DNA of 64,000 bases from Octopus bimaculoides. Its lineage: Eukaryota. The position numbers were made by a program, and so were the translations under genes. The notes beneath the pieces were generated by a model. It did no database searches and was not told the origin of the DNA. It was given only the letters and a program-made list of their open reading frames with translations. Location: contig NC_068992.1 of NCBI RefSeq assembly GCF_001194135.2, forward strand, positions 33,521,238-33,585,237, read 5' to 3'. Positions 52,246 through 64,000 of this stretch are shown piece after piece (position 1 is the first letter of the stretch; every line of letters begins with the position of its first letter).

Positions 52246-54505
52246 ATTATGTGGATAAACAAATTAATTATGATATCATGGGTTTGATATACAAAATATG
52301 TATATACATGCAAAATGAAGGAAAGCAAAGACTGAAGAGTTTCAGATGATGAATATTTAAGTATAAATATATAGATATTTATAGGTCAATAGATCAAGCT
52401 TACACAGGACACAGACGACAGAGGAAATTAAAGAGGAAGATGTAAGGTGTTATAAGTCCAACAGCTCCCGGAAACAGTTGTTGGACTAATAACAACTCAC
52501 CTCCTCCCCTTAAATTTTCTCTGTCATTTGTACTCAGTTTCATCTATTAATATAAATATCTATGTATTTATACTTAAACATTCATCATCTGCAAGTCTTC
52601 AGTCTTTGCTTTCATTCTGTTTGCATACATATATAGTCCACAAGCCATATCACCTAGCGGTACCATCTGGGGTGAATACACCTAAGTGGTATTAAAATGT
52701 TTATAGGGTCACTATGAGTGTAAAAAAATGTGATAGCTCTTTCAGCTCAGTAGCTTTGTTCTTTTTTTTGAAGATTTATGAAATTTCATTAATGCACATA
52801 CTGAAGTACTTCTGCATGTGATGACTACAACACATATGACATCATTCACACATCTAACAGATATTAAAATGACCAGAACAAGCTCCTCGTATACACAGAC
52901 AGTCTTGCCAAAAAACACTACACTCTAGATCAGAGCTGCAAGAATTAAAGACAATTCTGTCAGAGGATTCTTTAGCCAAAGCAGCAGTGCAGCTAAGACA
53001 GCAGGTAAAGAAACAAGATCTGTCAAACATGGCCACCAAGCACCGAGCAAAATGTCATTCCCGACACCGTTACCAAATTTTTCTAATCCTTGCTGATTGG
53101 GGAAAACAAGTGTACAAATCCCTCAGAAAGAGTCAAGCACCTTGCTACTTCTTTTGGAAGTGACCTGGTGTTTGCTGTTTCCCGTGGCAACACAAAGCTG
53201 AGGATACTAGTGTTCTGATTTTGTGCCTGGGGATCTGTAGCAAAATCTTGTGCTCCTTGTACCAGAAGTGTGGTACAAAGAACAGAATATGCTTCCTTGA
53301 CATTACGAAAATGAGTCAAGCTCTGGAGGCATCTCTGATGCTGTGATTGGCATGCATGCCTTTACAGGCTGTGATACAGTCAGTGCCTTTACTGACCGTG
53401 GAAAGCTGACAATGTTCGAACGGATGAAATCCAACAAGACCTTATAAAAAGTCTTCAGTGAACTGGGGCAGTTTCAAAAGCTACAGACGATAACCTGCCA
53501 AAGGTAGATGCCTTTCAGCTTCAGCAACTGAAGTAAATAAACTTTGATGCCAGCTCTTTTGCACTGGACATGGAGGAGTCGAATCAGCTACCTCCATGTA
53601 AGGACTGCTTGTTCATGCATGCTCTTCAGGCAAATTATCAAGCAGCTATCTGGAGAAGATGTCTACAGGCCCAACTCTATGTTCCAAGCCCCATTGACTG
53701 TGGTTGGACATTAGACAAGGAGAGTGATCTCATCATTGCTTGGATGCACTGGATGCTGTTCTTCAGCTTTTGTCCTGCAAGTCTGTGGGTTCCTTCAAAC
53801 TACCACCATACAGCTGCCTCAGCAATGGCTTGAGGTGCATAGGCATGTGCCAGCTACGAACATGTGACAACCAAGCTCCTGAATTCAGCAACAGAGAACA
53901 AGAATTAGAACTGATGGATTCTCAGGATGACCACAGTGATTAGCCTCATGGCATGCTGGGTACCCATGGAAGATCCAGAACTTGGCTAACCTGCAGCAGC
54001 TATACTACCAGAACATCTTTGTTGGCTTAAAAACAATTGATACAATCTTTCCCATTGGCGTGACTTGTGGTGTGCACATGAGAAAACTGAACAGTCTTGA
54101 TGTGTCATGCTTGGTTTTACGTTCTAGGCATATCATGCATATGAAATATGCAATTGAATTTTATATTAATTATAAACACATATTGATTAAAATCAGATGT
54201 GTGAATAATTTCTTTGCTCTTTCAATAGTCAAAATAAAAGGTGGTTGTGAAATTTTTGCTTACAGTTTCTTATGGAGGGGATGTCTATTTATGAAGTGAT
54301 AACTACTACTAAGCTACCATTCTGACAAGGTCATCATATATAAATAGAAACTAGAGACATATAGCAAGTCAAAAATTACCATAAGAATTATTCGCCTTAT
54401 ATGGCACCGATACAGAAATTTTGAAGTCTGGGCTCAAGGACTAATATACGTATTTAATGTATATCAATCCCAAGCTGTTATATTTAGTTTATTTATCCAC
54501 ATAAT
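52246..54505. repeat. ~220-bp-arm foldback whose right arm is split by the Academ insertion
   Basis: Left arm 52246-52466, right arm 52476-52633 plus 54447-54505. The centre reads agtccaacagct-cccggaaac-agttgttggact. Confidence 0.8.
52634..54443 (+). mobile_element. AcademX-type DNA transposon, internally deleted (1810 bp)
   Basis: TAGTCC..GGACTA ends with an ATA 3-bp TSD (52631-33 and 54444-46). XPG-like motifs DTxVLILC..GMHAFTGCDTVSAF..GK, then LPPCKDCLFMHALQANYQAAIW..PSPIDCGW, and a Cys-rich tail (CLSNGLRCIGMCQLRTCDN). Confidence 0.8.
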
Positions 54506-54532
54506 TGTTTATATATATACACATATATATAA

Positions 54533-54874
54533 TTAGGGTTCAGCAAGCATTGCTTCACCACACACCGAAAATTGAATAATCGTTTGATGTCGCCTGATCG
54601 AATTAATTATTCTTTTATTAGCATTCTCGGATTTATAATTTTGAAATATTGCACTGAAGAAGGAAATAAGTATGAGTAATATAATTTACACCTCTTTGAT
54701 CCAGAAACGTGTCTGCAATTAATCAAGGCCGGGTGAATTCGCTATTTTTTCTTTTTTGCCTTTGTATTTGAGAGTATTGCTGTTTTGGGAGTCGTATTTT
54801 GGTAGAGAAATAGTAGTTTTGACTGCTATTTCTAATTTTCGGTGTGTGGTTAAGCAATGTTTGCTGAACCCTAA
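54533..54874 (+). mobile_element. 342-bp MITE-like element with 41-bp TIRs and a central hammerhead
   Basis: 54533-54573 versus 54834-54874, 2 mismatches. No clear TSD. Confidence 0.85.
54648..54719 (+). ncRNA. Hammerhead ribozyme with an extended, irregular stem II
   Basis: AUUGCA CUGAAGA [43 nt, base A.A then GGA/UCC] GAAA CGUG UC / UGCAAU. Stem I is 6 bp, stem III ACGUGU is quasi-palindromic, and the predicted cut is after 54713. Confidence 0.7.
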
Positions 54875-54995
54875 ATTTTAATTATGTTTATATGAATTTA
54901 CCGACAATGGTTTTTTAACACACCGAACTACTTGGTAAAATTACTAATCATTAATTAATTATTAATTTTTACCCTATATCTGTATACATATATAT

Positions 54996-55054
<59 letters not shown>

Positions 55055-56220
55055 ATACTGAGTCCTAACACCAGATTATCAGTATCACTATGCTTAAACA
55101 AAGTGTGTGTGTGTGTGCATGCGTTTGCCTCCTTGTCTTTACATCATTCAATTGTTGTAAATGAATGTCATTCATTTCCAATATTCTGCAGAAACATGTC
55201 TGGCAATGGGGTTAGATTATGTTGCTTAGAAACAGCTCAGGTTTGATGACATAAAGGTTGTAGATAATCTACCTTAACAAATTTAATCTGACCAATGCAT
55301 GCTTGGAAAAATAGATAGTAAAATGACATAATTATAGTGTATAAAATTATAATGATCAGCTAACATTGACTATTATCACTATACTAAAGAAATCAATATA
55401 CATGTCACAAAAAATATTTATATATTCTCATGTATAAAGGAATATATAGATGAATATACTAAAAGTCCACTCTAAAACACACATATCTTTCTATGTATAT
55501 ATAATAATCTACATTTTTATAGAAAAATGAATGTATGCATATGCATGGGTGAGTGTGTTAAAAGATGTACATAACTTTAGGAGTAGAGGGATTCTTTATT
55601 GTAAAGATGAACAATAAATCTTCCCCTGGAGAGAATATCAGTCTATCATAGGTAACATTCTCATATGATCTGCTATATCAGCAGTTAGATGAAGCAAGGC
55701 ATGCAAAATTATGTACATAGCAGAAGAAAAATCAACAAAACACTGGCAGATTTATTTAGTTTTATTTTACATCAATCATTTTGTGAACAATGGCATCTTT
55801 GGTTATAGGTTTCCAATGTTCCTATCACTGGTTCACTGCATTTTCAATGGTGGCAATAAAATGGGAGGGTCTTTCTAATTCAGAATAAATACCAAAAGGT
55901 ATATATTCTCAGTGTGTCTGTATGTACACATACAGTTATATACATATACATATACACACATATTTATGTGTGTATATGTGGATGTCTACGAGTGTACATA
56001 TCTATGTATGCGTATGTGTGTATGTATATGCACACATATATGTAAACAAATTGAGCTGGGAGAAATATCTCTGTGGCCATTACCATGTATTTAAACAACG
56101 GAGACAAATACAGGTATATCAAATATTACTTTATGACATAAATTCCTGTATGTTTTTTGATTTTCCTCTACATCTCCCTCTCTTTCCATACACACACACA
56201 CACATTCACATACATACACA

Positions 56221-56267
<47 letters not shown>

Positions 56268-56270
<3 letters not shown>

Positions 56271-56440
56271 CGCAGGAGTGGCTGTGTGGTAAGTAGCTTG
56301 CTTACCAACCACATGGTTCCGGGTTCAGTCCCACTGCGTGGCACCTTAGGCAAGTGTCTTCTACTATAGCCTTGGGCCGACCAAAGCCTTGTGAGTGGAT
56401 TTGGTAGACGGAAACTGAAAGAAGCCCGTCGTATATATGT
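56268..56440 (+). mobile_element. Young tRNA-derived SINE (near consensus, CpG retained)
   Basis: tggctgtgtggtaag A-box-like and gggttcagtccc B-box-like motifs. At least 8 related copies in the window, including 58680-58810, 61270-61400 and 61790-61905 on the minus strand. Confidence 0.85.
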
Positions 56441-56527
56441 ATATATATATATGTNNNNNNNNNNNNNNNNNNNNNNNNNNNNNNNNNNNNNNNNNNNNNN
56501 NNNNNNNNNNNNNNNNNNNNNNNNNNC

Positions 56528-56697
56528 CGATGCTGGTGTGTTTACGTCCCTGTAACTTAGCGGTTCGGCAAAAGAGACTGATAGAATAAGTACTAGGCTT
56601 ACAAAGAATAAGTCCTGGGGCCAATTTGTTCGACTAAAGGCGGTGCTCCAGCATGGCCGCAGACAAATGACTGAAACAAGTAAAAGAGTAAAAGAGT
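56528..56697 (+). mobile_element. SINE 3' module (ggtgtgtttacgtccc..gctccagcatggccgcag..gaaacaagtaaaagag)
   Basis: Related copies at 50550-50720, and on the minus strand at 61040-61220 and 61520-61690. Confidence 0.7.
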
Positions 56698-58149
56698 ATA
56701 TGCACACACTTATATATATCAAAACAGTGTTAGGATGTATGAGATTTGAATATATATGTTTATTTAACCATGTGACTTCCATAAGAGTGTAGCCATTTCT
56801 CAACCTAATTCATGTAGTATGAGTTTCAGTATGTAAGAAATTATGATACATGTTTGTATTAAGCTGCCTGCTAGGCAATAGACAACACCATTACATATTC
56901 TCAAATTAATGCAAATAATGAAATCTAGCCCATCACATATCCAGAACATCATACTGTTCATGTGACCATGGTGTTCCATTGAGCTGATGAGCTAAATTTT
57001 TTCATTGCATTAATATGTGAATGTACAATTCTATTGTATAATATCTAGAATGCATATTAATGCAACCATGTTTGCACAATTTCTTGCATATTGAAATTAA
57101 AACTATATGAAGCTGCTTGGGGAACAGCCATACTCATATGGAAGTTCCATGCTTAAATAAATATATATCCACCTCTCATATTATGTTTTTATATACTCCT
57201 CACATAAAAATTATATCACTTGGGTTTTCTGAATTTTCAGTGACATGGAAATTTTACTTTACACTTCTTTGTAATTGATTGCTATGTGAACTGATAGCCA
57301 AGTTCATAAGAAGAGCTTACTGTGATGGCTATACAATTATGTATATCCATATTTTATCTACCCATCTAGATATACACATGCATACATACATCCATATTCA
57401 CATACAAATATCCATCCATCCATCCATCCATCCATCCATCTATCCATCCATCCATACATACACATACATACATACATACAGTCATACATACATACACAAA
57501 TATATGTACACATACATACATATACATACATTATTATTTAAAACAGTTTGATTTGTCTCCATAAAAATTAAAGTTTCACAATTTTATAATGGCAACCTAT
57601 CTCATTCAGACTCAAATTACTGAATCACTAATCTGAGCCTGAAGAAGCCAGATTTCTGTTAGAAGACTGTGAAAATTGAAATCGCATGGAGCTGAATCAA
57701 ACTGGTTTAAATTATGTAACTTCTACTATATGTGTTGAGTGTCTTTTTCTTTCTTTCGTCCACTCACTTGTATACATGCATACATTACATACATGCATAC
57801 ATACACACATACACACCCAAACATAGTTAACTTTTCTGTTTAGGTAAGATCAACAAAAAGGTACTCCATTTGGTAAGTGGTAAACATTTTTTAATGGGTA
57901 CAGTATATAGTTATGAGCTACTAATAGCTTCATTCATTGGAGATGTTTTATAGGCAGGTTTTCATAATTTGCCTAGTGTCTCCAAGCAATCGCCAAGCTC
58001 TGACCAATACAAGTTACAAATTAAGACAATAGAACATGAGAACAAAATGAGAGGAATATAGATGCAAAAAGTGGGAAGGTGAAAGAAACAGAAAAAGAAA
58101 GGAAAAAAGAATTAAAGTTAAATTCCTTTTGACCATAAAGCTAGTTGAT

Positions 58150-58570
58150 GTGCAAATACCAATTGCAGACTTTAGGCTGCAATACAGCTGCTCAATCTGG
58201 AGAGAATGGTGTTCTTCAATTTGCCAAAAGGAACTTGTTCATATCTTTGCATTTGCTGCAAATTTCTGATCTGGAGTTCAATCGTGCAGTGGAATTCTTA
58301 GATCTAACAAGGATATGTGATCGTTCAGCTACACATAACTTGTCCTTTTTAGACCCATTAACATATGGTATGGATTTTTCTATGATTTTTCACTTGAATG
58401 TATGTGACATGGAGTTTGTCTTCAAAACCCATACATGGCTAGCCAATTTAGTGGCTTTACTTTTGTCCATGTGCCAGAAAGAAAACAAGTAGTTAGCATA
58501 GCATCTTTTGAAGTCACCTCCGCATAGCCCAATGTAATTCTTCTTTTCAGTTGCTGACACTATTGCATGC
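58150..58570 (-). mobile_element. Penelope-like (Neptune-type) GIY-YIG endonuclease fragment
   Basis: YIGLCGGDFKRCYANYLFSF..ATKLASHVWVLK..KLCVAERSHI..LNSRSEICSKCKDMNKFLL. Confidence 0.75.
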
Positions 58571-59521
58571 ACATTTAGAGATTTTCCTAAACTGAAGTTG
58601 TCAAAATGGACTGGAGATTGTTTTGTTCAGTGTGTGTGTGTGTCTGTGTTTGTACAAGTATGTGTATGTGTATTTTACAAGTTCTTGTCTACCAAATTTT
58701 GGCAACAGCCTGAGTCTAAGGCAGGAGACATTCATGTAAGGTGACATACAATGGAATTGAACCTGGAACCAGATGGCTGTGGAGCAAATTTCTTAACCAC
58801 ATAGCTCTACCTGAATTTAAAACCCATGAGATGGATATTCAATGCCATATCCATTCAGCTATTTCATTTGAACGCATGAATGTACATAATTCTAAATGTG
58901 TATTTGTGTGCGGTGGTAAGCGGGNNNNNNNNNNNNNNNNGGGGGGGGGGGGATACACATAATTGAAAATATGCAGCTATTCATAAATATGTGTATGTGC
59001 AGGTTTGTGTGCTTATGTGAGAGTATCCCTAGATAATGCCAAACGTCTATAGAGATTACACAGATTCTTTTGATAATGAAATAATAGGATATTTTATTTT
59101 AGGTGCTTTATAACATAACAGTGAATCCACAGCAAACATGCAAAGTCCATTTAGAATTTGTTCAAGTTCAGTGCAAATCAACACCCTTTTCAAAGAACTC
59201 GTTATGGGACATAAGACACTGTGATGTAAATGCCAGGATTATATTGTTATATGTGCCAAATGCATTGCAACTGAATCTAAAACAGATGTGGTTGTTGATA
59301 TATAAATGCATGAGAGCCAGAAAACTAACAGCAATCATTGTTACAATGACAGAGCAGGACAACACTACATTCCCATTGGTTCACTGCATTCAATTATACA
59401 GAAACCACAACAACATTTATCTTGTCGGTTGAACGTCTCTCATAACATTGTATATTTGACAAAAATAACAAATAATGGTGCAAATATACACATACATAAT
59501 TGCATGTATGGATACACATAT

Positions 59522-59559
<38 letters not shown>

Positions 59560-59573
59560 GCTTACATATATAC

Positions 59574-59605
<32 letters not shown>

Positions 59606-59634
59606 GGTGAGAGTAGATGCATGTGTATATATAT

Positions 59635-59685
<51 letters not shown>

Positions 59686-60169
59686 TATATGTCCTTGCTA
59701 TCATCATCATCCTCATCAACATTTACATCCTACGAATCTAATATAATCTTATCATGAGTCAATATTTTTTTTTACCTGATGAAAAGTGGAGTAAATATAA
59801 ATAAAGTAAAATAATGAATGTGGTTGTCTTCATGGTTTAGACCACTGATTTTGAGAACAGATCGATGTTACTATTTCTGAGATTCTAAAGTGCTTTGTAA
59901 AGTGATGAACACACTAAACAATACAAGACCAAACAATTAGTGCACCAGACGCGCAGCATGTGCACATTGAAAAACTTTATTAAATTAGCCAAAATACATT
60001 AAACACGTATCACATGTGAAGTTGATGTGACAAATCACACAAATCACCATGAAAATACTTATTAGAGATTGCCTAGGTATTTATTAGTGAAACGAAGGTG
60101 GAACTTCCTTTATTAGTGATTAATATATATGGCAGATAGTAGTGTGTATCATTATATTTTTTTTGAGTA

Positions 60170-60213
<44 letters not shown>

Positions 60214-60493
60214 TAGATATAGATATATATAGATAGATAATAAATATGTCTGAGTGTGTTTGTGTATGCTCATACAAGCACTCACACACACAAGCGCTTA
60301 TAAAAAGATATGAGCTAGAAACAATATAATTNNNNNNNNNNTATATATATATATATATTATTATAAAATCTGGTAATTAATCATATATTAATTAATATCG
60401 ATTAATTATCAGGAGGTCAGCACATCTTAAGAATCAAAGAGATTCAGAAATAGTATCTGCAATCTCAGGGGATTAAGGTACATTTAAAAAAAA

Positions 60494-60956
60494 TAACGTG
60501 GACAATTAATTTGCTAGAAATAGATCACATCTTGTGTCTATTCAGACCTAATTTGTTCTCAACATGAAATATAGCAGCATACCAAAACGTGAGCGGGCAA
60601 GACATTTAAAATCACCTAAATAAGCATTCTTAAACAGGTACCGGTTTCGGATTTAACAAATCTTACCGATTGTCCATTTCTCTTCAGCCTGATTTGTAAT
60701 GTAACCGCAATCATCAGAATCGTATACAGAGTTGCCCACCGCCATGGGTGCGCGTGTATATGGTTCTGCTAATTACAGCTTTGAATTTTACCATTAAGCT
60801 GTAATTAGCATTCTGTTTAAGAATGCTTTTTTAGGTGATTTTAAATGTCTTGCCCGCTCACGTTTTGGTATGCTGCTATATTTCATGTTGAGAACAAATT
60901 AGGTCTGAATAGACACAAGATGTGATCTATTTCTAGCACATTAATTGTCCATGTTA
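60494..60956 (-). mobile_element. 463-bp foldback with 144-bp arms and a hammerhead at the inner arm boundary
   Basis: 60494-60637 versus 60813-60956, 3 mismatches, 175-bp spacer. Confidence 0.95.
60635..60691 (-). ncRNA. Hammerhead ribozyme with palindromic stem III and extended stem II
   Basis: CAGG CUGAAGA [G..32 nt..C] GAAA CCGG UA / CCUG. Stem III is ACCGGU, the triplet is GUA, and the predicted cut is between 60639 and 60638. Confidence 0.8.
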
Positions 60957-62699
60957 GTGGTCAACGTTATATATATATATATATATGTATACATGTGTAA
61001 TTGTATACATATATGCATATGTGTATATACATAATTTTTTATTCTTTTATTTGTTTCAGTCATTTGACTGCGGCCATGCTGGAGCTCAGCCCCGAAAGGT
61101 TTTAGTTGAACAAATTGACCCAGGACTTATTTTTTAAGCCTAGTACTAATTCTATTGGTCTCTTTTGCCAAAGCACCAAGTTCAGAGATGTAAACACACA
61201 CTAGCACTGGTTGTCAAGTTGTGATGTGCGTACAATCACAGACACAAAGACACATGCATATACCTATACACACAGATATAATTGATGGGCTTCTTTCAGT
61301 TTCCGTCTACCAAATTCACTCACAAGGGTTTGGCCAGCCTGAAGCCATAGTATAAGACACTACTCCAGGTGCCACACAGTGGGACTGAACCTGGAACCAA
61401 TCCCACTTTGTGGTACCATGACAATATTTAGATGTTCAATTAACTGAATTATTTCTTCATTGAATTTAGTGAGTAAATAGCTGAATGTCCTTAAGATATC
61501 TTTTATCTTACCTTGTATTTGTTTTAGTTTTTAGACTGACATGCTAGGATACCGCTTTGAAGGATTTTTGGTCAAATGAATCGATTTCGGTACTTATTTT
61601 TTAAAGTCTGGTACTTATTTTATCAGACACTTTTATCGAACTACTAAGTTATGGGGAGAAAAACACACCAACACCAGTTGTCAAGCAATGGCAGGGAGCA
61701 AATATAGACACAAAGACACACACAATTGCACACAAACACACACACATACATATAACGGGCACACACACACACACACACATACAATCCAGTTTCTGTATAC
61801 CAGAACAAGACTATAGTAGAAGATACTTACCCAAGGTGTTGCAAAGTGGGACTGAACCTGGCACCATGTTGTTAAGAAGCAAGTTCCTTACTACACAGCC
61901 ATGCCTGTGCTTATCATGTGTTCCTTTAACATAATTTTCCAGTTGAACTATTATGACACAGGTTGAATCGGTATCATAAAGCTGGATCTTTAAATTACAA
62001 AACAATACATTCAAAGGGTTTCCACACAGTTTCCATGAACCTGATTTTACTCACAAGGTTTGGTGCAAAGTGATGTTATGGTAAAAGACCTGTTTGAGAT
62101 GTCGCATGGTGGAATTGAACCAAAAATCTTACAATTGTAAAGCAGGTGTCCTAGCTATTCAGATAAACTTTCAACTTTATGTGCATGCTTACACACATGC
62201 ATACACACACACGCATGCACAAATGTGCACCCACACAAATAGGCATACATACATACACATGCACTTTCACGTACGTGTATATAAGGAATAGTATTTCTTC
62301 CACATGTTATTTTTTACTTTATCCAAGGTCAGTCTTTTCAGATTAAGGATATTCCCTACTTCCTTATTAGTTCTTTCATTTGGTTTGGAACAATAATCTT
62401 CATTAATCTGACATTTCAAAACTTTCATGATCTCATTTTCAAACTATGCTGATGCAACAGTTTGTAGCCAACCTGGTTTGCTATATGTCAGAAAGGGTTT
62501 TGGCAGCAACTTTATAACCAATAACATTCTCATGCTTAAATAAAAAAAAAGCAACAATGAAAAAAAGCAATTATAGCACAGCACCTCATGCAAGACAAAA
62601 AAGATTTGTCCTTAAAATCGATCCAAATTGAAAGTATGTCTGTCTGTCTGTCTATCTATTTACATACATATATGGATATGTGTATATATACATAATGAA

Positions 62700-62930
62700 G
62701 GCAGGCAGCTTGATAGGATTTTCAGCTCATGATTGTAACGTCCTGAGTTCGATTCCTGGCCATGCATTGTGTCCTTGAGCAAAACACTTTATTTCACATT
62801 GCTCCAGTCCACTCAGCTGGTAAAAATGAGTAAAACTGATATTTCAAAAGGATCAGCCTGTCACACTGAATCTCCTTGTGAACAACATTGAAGGTACATG
62901 TGTCTGTGGAGTGCTCAAGCAAGCTGCCCA
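62700..62930 (+). mobile_element. SINE (gagttcgattcc B-box; cattgtgtccttgagcaaaacactt body)
   Basis: Related pieces on the minus strand at 44960-45320 and 50160-50430. Confidence 0.65.
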
Positions 62931-62974
62931 TTAATTTTATATATTAAATATAACAGTCTGGGTAAGAAACACAA

Positions 62975-63150
62975 AATATGTATACATGTATACACACAAA
63001 ACAAGAGAAAGCAAAAGGTGGAGACTTTCAGATGATGAATATTTAAGAATAAATGTATTGATATTTATATTAATAGATCCAACTTACACAGAGTACAAAT
63101 AACAGAGAAAATTAAAAGGGAGGATGAAAGGTGTTATAAGTCCAACAGCT
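62975..63150. repeat. Single arm of the 52.2-kb foldback family
   Basis: Aligns with 52295-52466 and ends at the same motif, ataagtccaacagct. Confidence 0.75.
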
Positions 63151-63204
63151 TTGAGCTCTTCTGCATTATGACCTGAAATGTAAGATCTTTTCTACCCTGA
63201 TAAC

Positions 63205-63460
63205 AGAGGATTGATTTATCTATCACTGTACTCAATGCCAACCCTTACCCTACTGGCAGCATCCATGTACATGGTTTGTACACCACTCACCAACCACTCT
63301 TCTATCTCTAGTTTCTATATTAACCACCAAATAAGGGATCAGGGGACCCTATCAAAGCCTTTCTCCATGTCAACAAAAGCCAAGTACAGAGATTTGTCTT
63401 TGGCTATGTATTTCTGCCTTACCAGAAATATAGCATAAGTGGTGCTTCTCCCTGGCACAA
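63205..63460 (-). mobile_element. RTE LINE RT fragment
   Basis: PGRSTTYAIFLVRQKYIAKDKSLYLAFVDMEKGFDRVP. Confidence 0.85.
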
Positions 63461-63471
63461 ATCCAAACTGC

Positions 63472-63472
63472 A

Positions 63473-63524
<52 letters not shown>

Positions 63525-63620
63525 CATCTATCTATCTATCTATCTATCTATCCATCTATCCATCTATCCATCTATCTATCTATCTATCCATCTATCCATT
63601 TATCTATCTATCTATCTATC
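63472..63620. repeat. (CTAT/CCAT)n microsatellite
   Basis: Read directly. It is one of dozens of (TA)n, (CA)n, (CAT)n and (CCAT)n tracts in the window. Confidence 0.95.
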
Positions 63621-63641
63621 AATACATATTTATAGATATAG

Positions 63642-63676
<35 letters not shown>

Positions 63677-63951
63677 CATACATAAACATATAAGTAAAAG
63701 TAATTATGTGGATAAACAAATTGAATTGTCTCCATATCTGCTCATCTGGATTCGTCTTATGGTGACTTTTTACCCCGCAGAGTTGATCTTTCATAAAGCT
63801 ATCACAGTGTAAGTATGAATCATTTGAGTACTACTAAGTGTTTTTTATACCGAGAATCTCTGGATTTCATCTCTTGATTATAAACACGCATATATATATA
63901 TATACACATATATGCATATATGTATATATATATATATGCATATATATATAA

Positions 63952-64000
<49 letters not shown>

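Noticed and set aside
59103-59432. 109-aa ORF in unique-looking DNA
   Set aside because: No recognisable motif or splice support.
55912-59741. [10 protein letters not shown]-type ORFs (also 9561-9875, 44492-45071, 63439-63693)
   Set aside because: They are translations of (TA)n, (CA)n and (CTAT)n microsatellites.

Overview
This is AT-rich, microsatellite-dense eukaryotic DNA. The SINE and LINE-tail families suggest Octopus or another cephalopod (inference). I could not confidently identify any host exon, so the window looks intronic or intergenic. It is dominated by mobile-element debris: mariner and maT (DD37D) transposons, a Merlin/ISXO2 element, an internally deleted AcademX with intact ends and a 3-bp TSD, RTE and HERO-like LINE fragments, two Gypsy remnants, tRNA-derived SINEs, and several Penelope-like (PLE) RT/GIY-YIG fragments. 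The main finding is a population of hammerhead-ribozyme (HHR) motifs. Near-intact ones lie at 22507-22549 (+), 25212-25256 (+), 49950-50021 (-), 54648-54719 (+) and 60635-60691 (-), and several more are degenerate. Many sit inside short MITE-looking foldbacks whose arms are PLE-type 3' ends pointing outward. In the youngest foldback (60494-60956, 144-bp arms, 3 mismatches) the inverted arm starts 1 nt from the predicted ribozyme cut site. This suggests these apparent MITEs are ribozyme-defined retro-insertions rather than DNA transposons. All structures and alignments were read by eye, and no cleavage or database evidence was obtained. Assembly gaps: 30112-30770, 49827-49909, 56455-56526, 58925-58940, 60332-60341.
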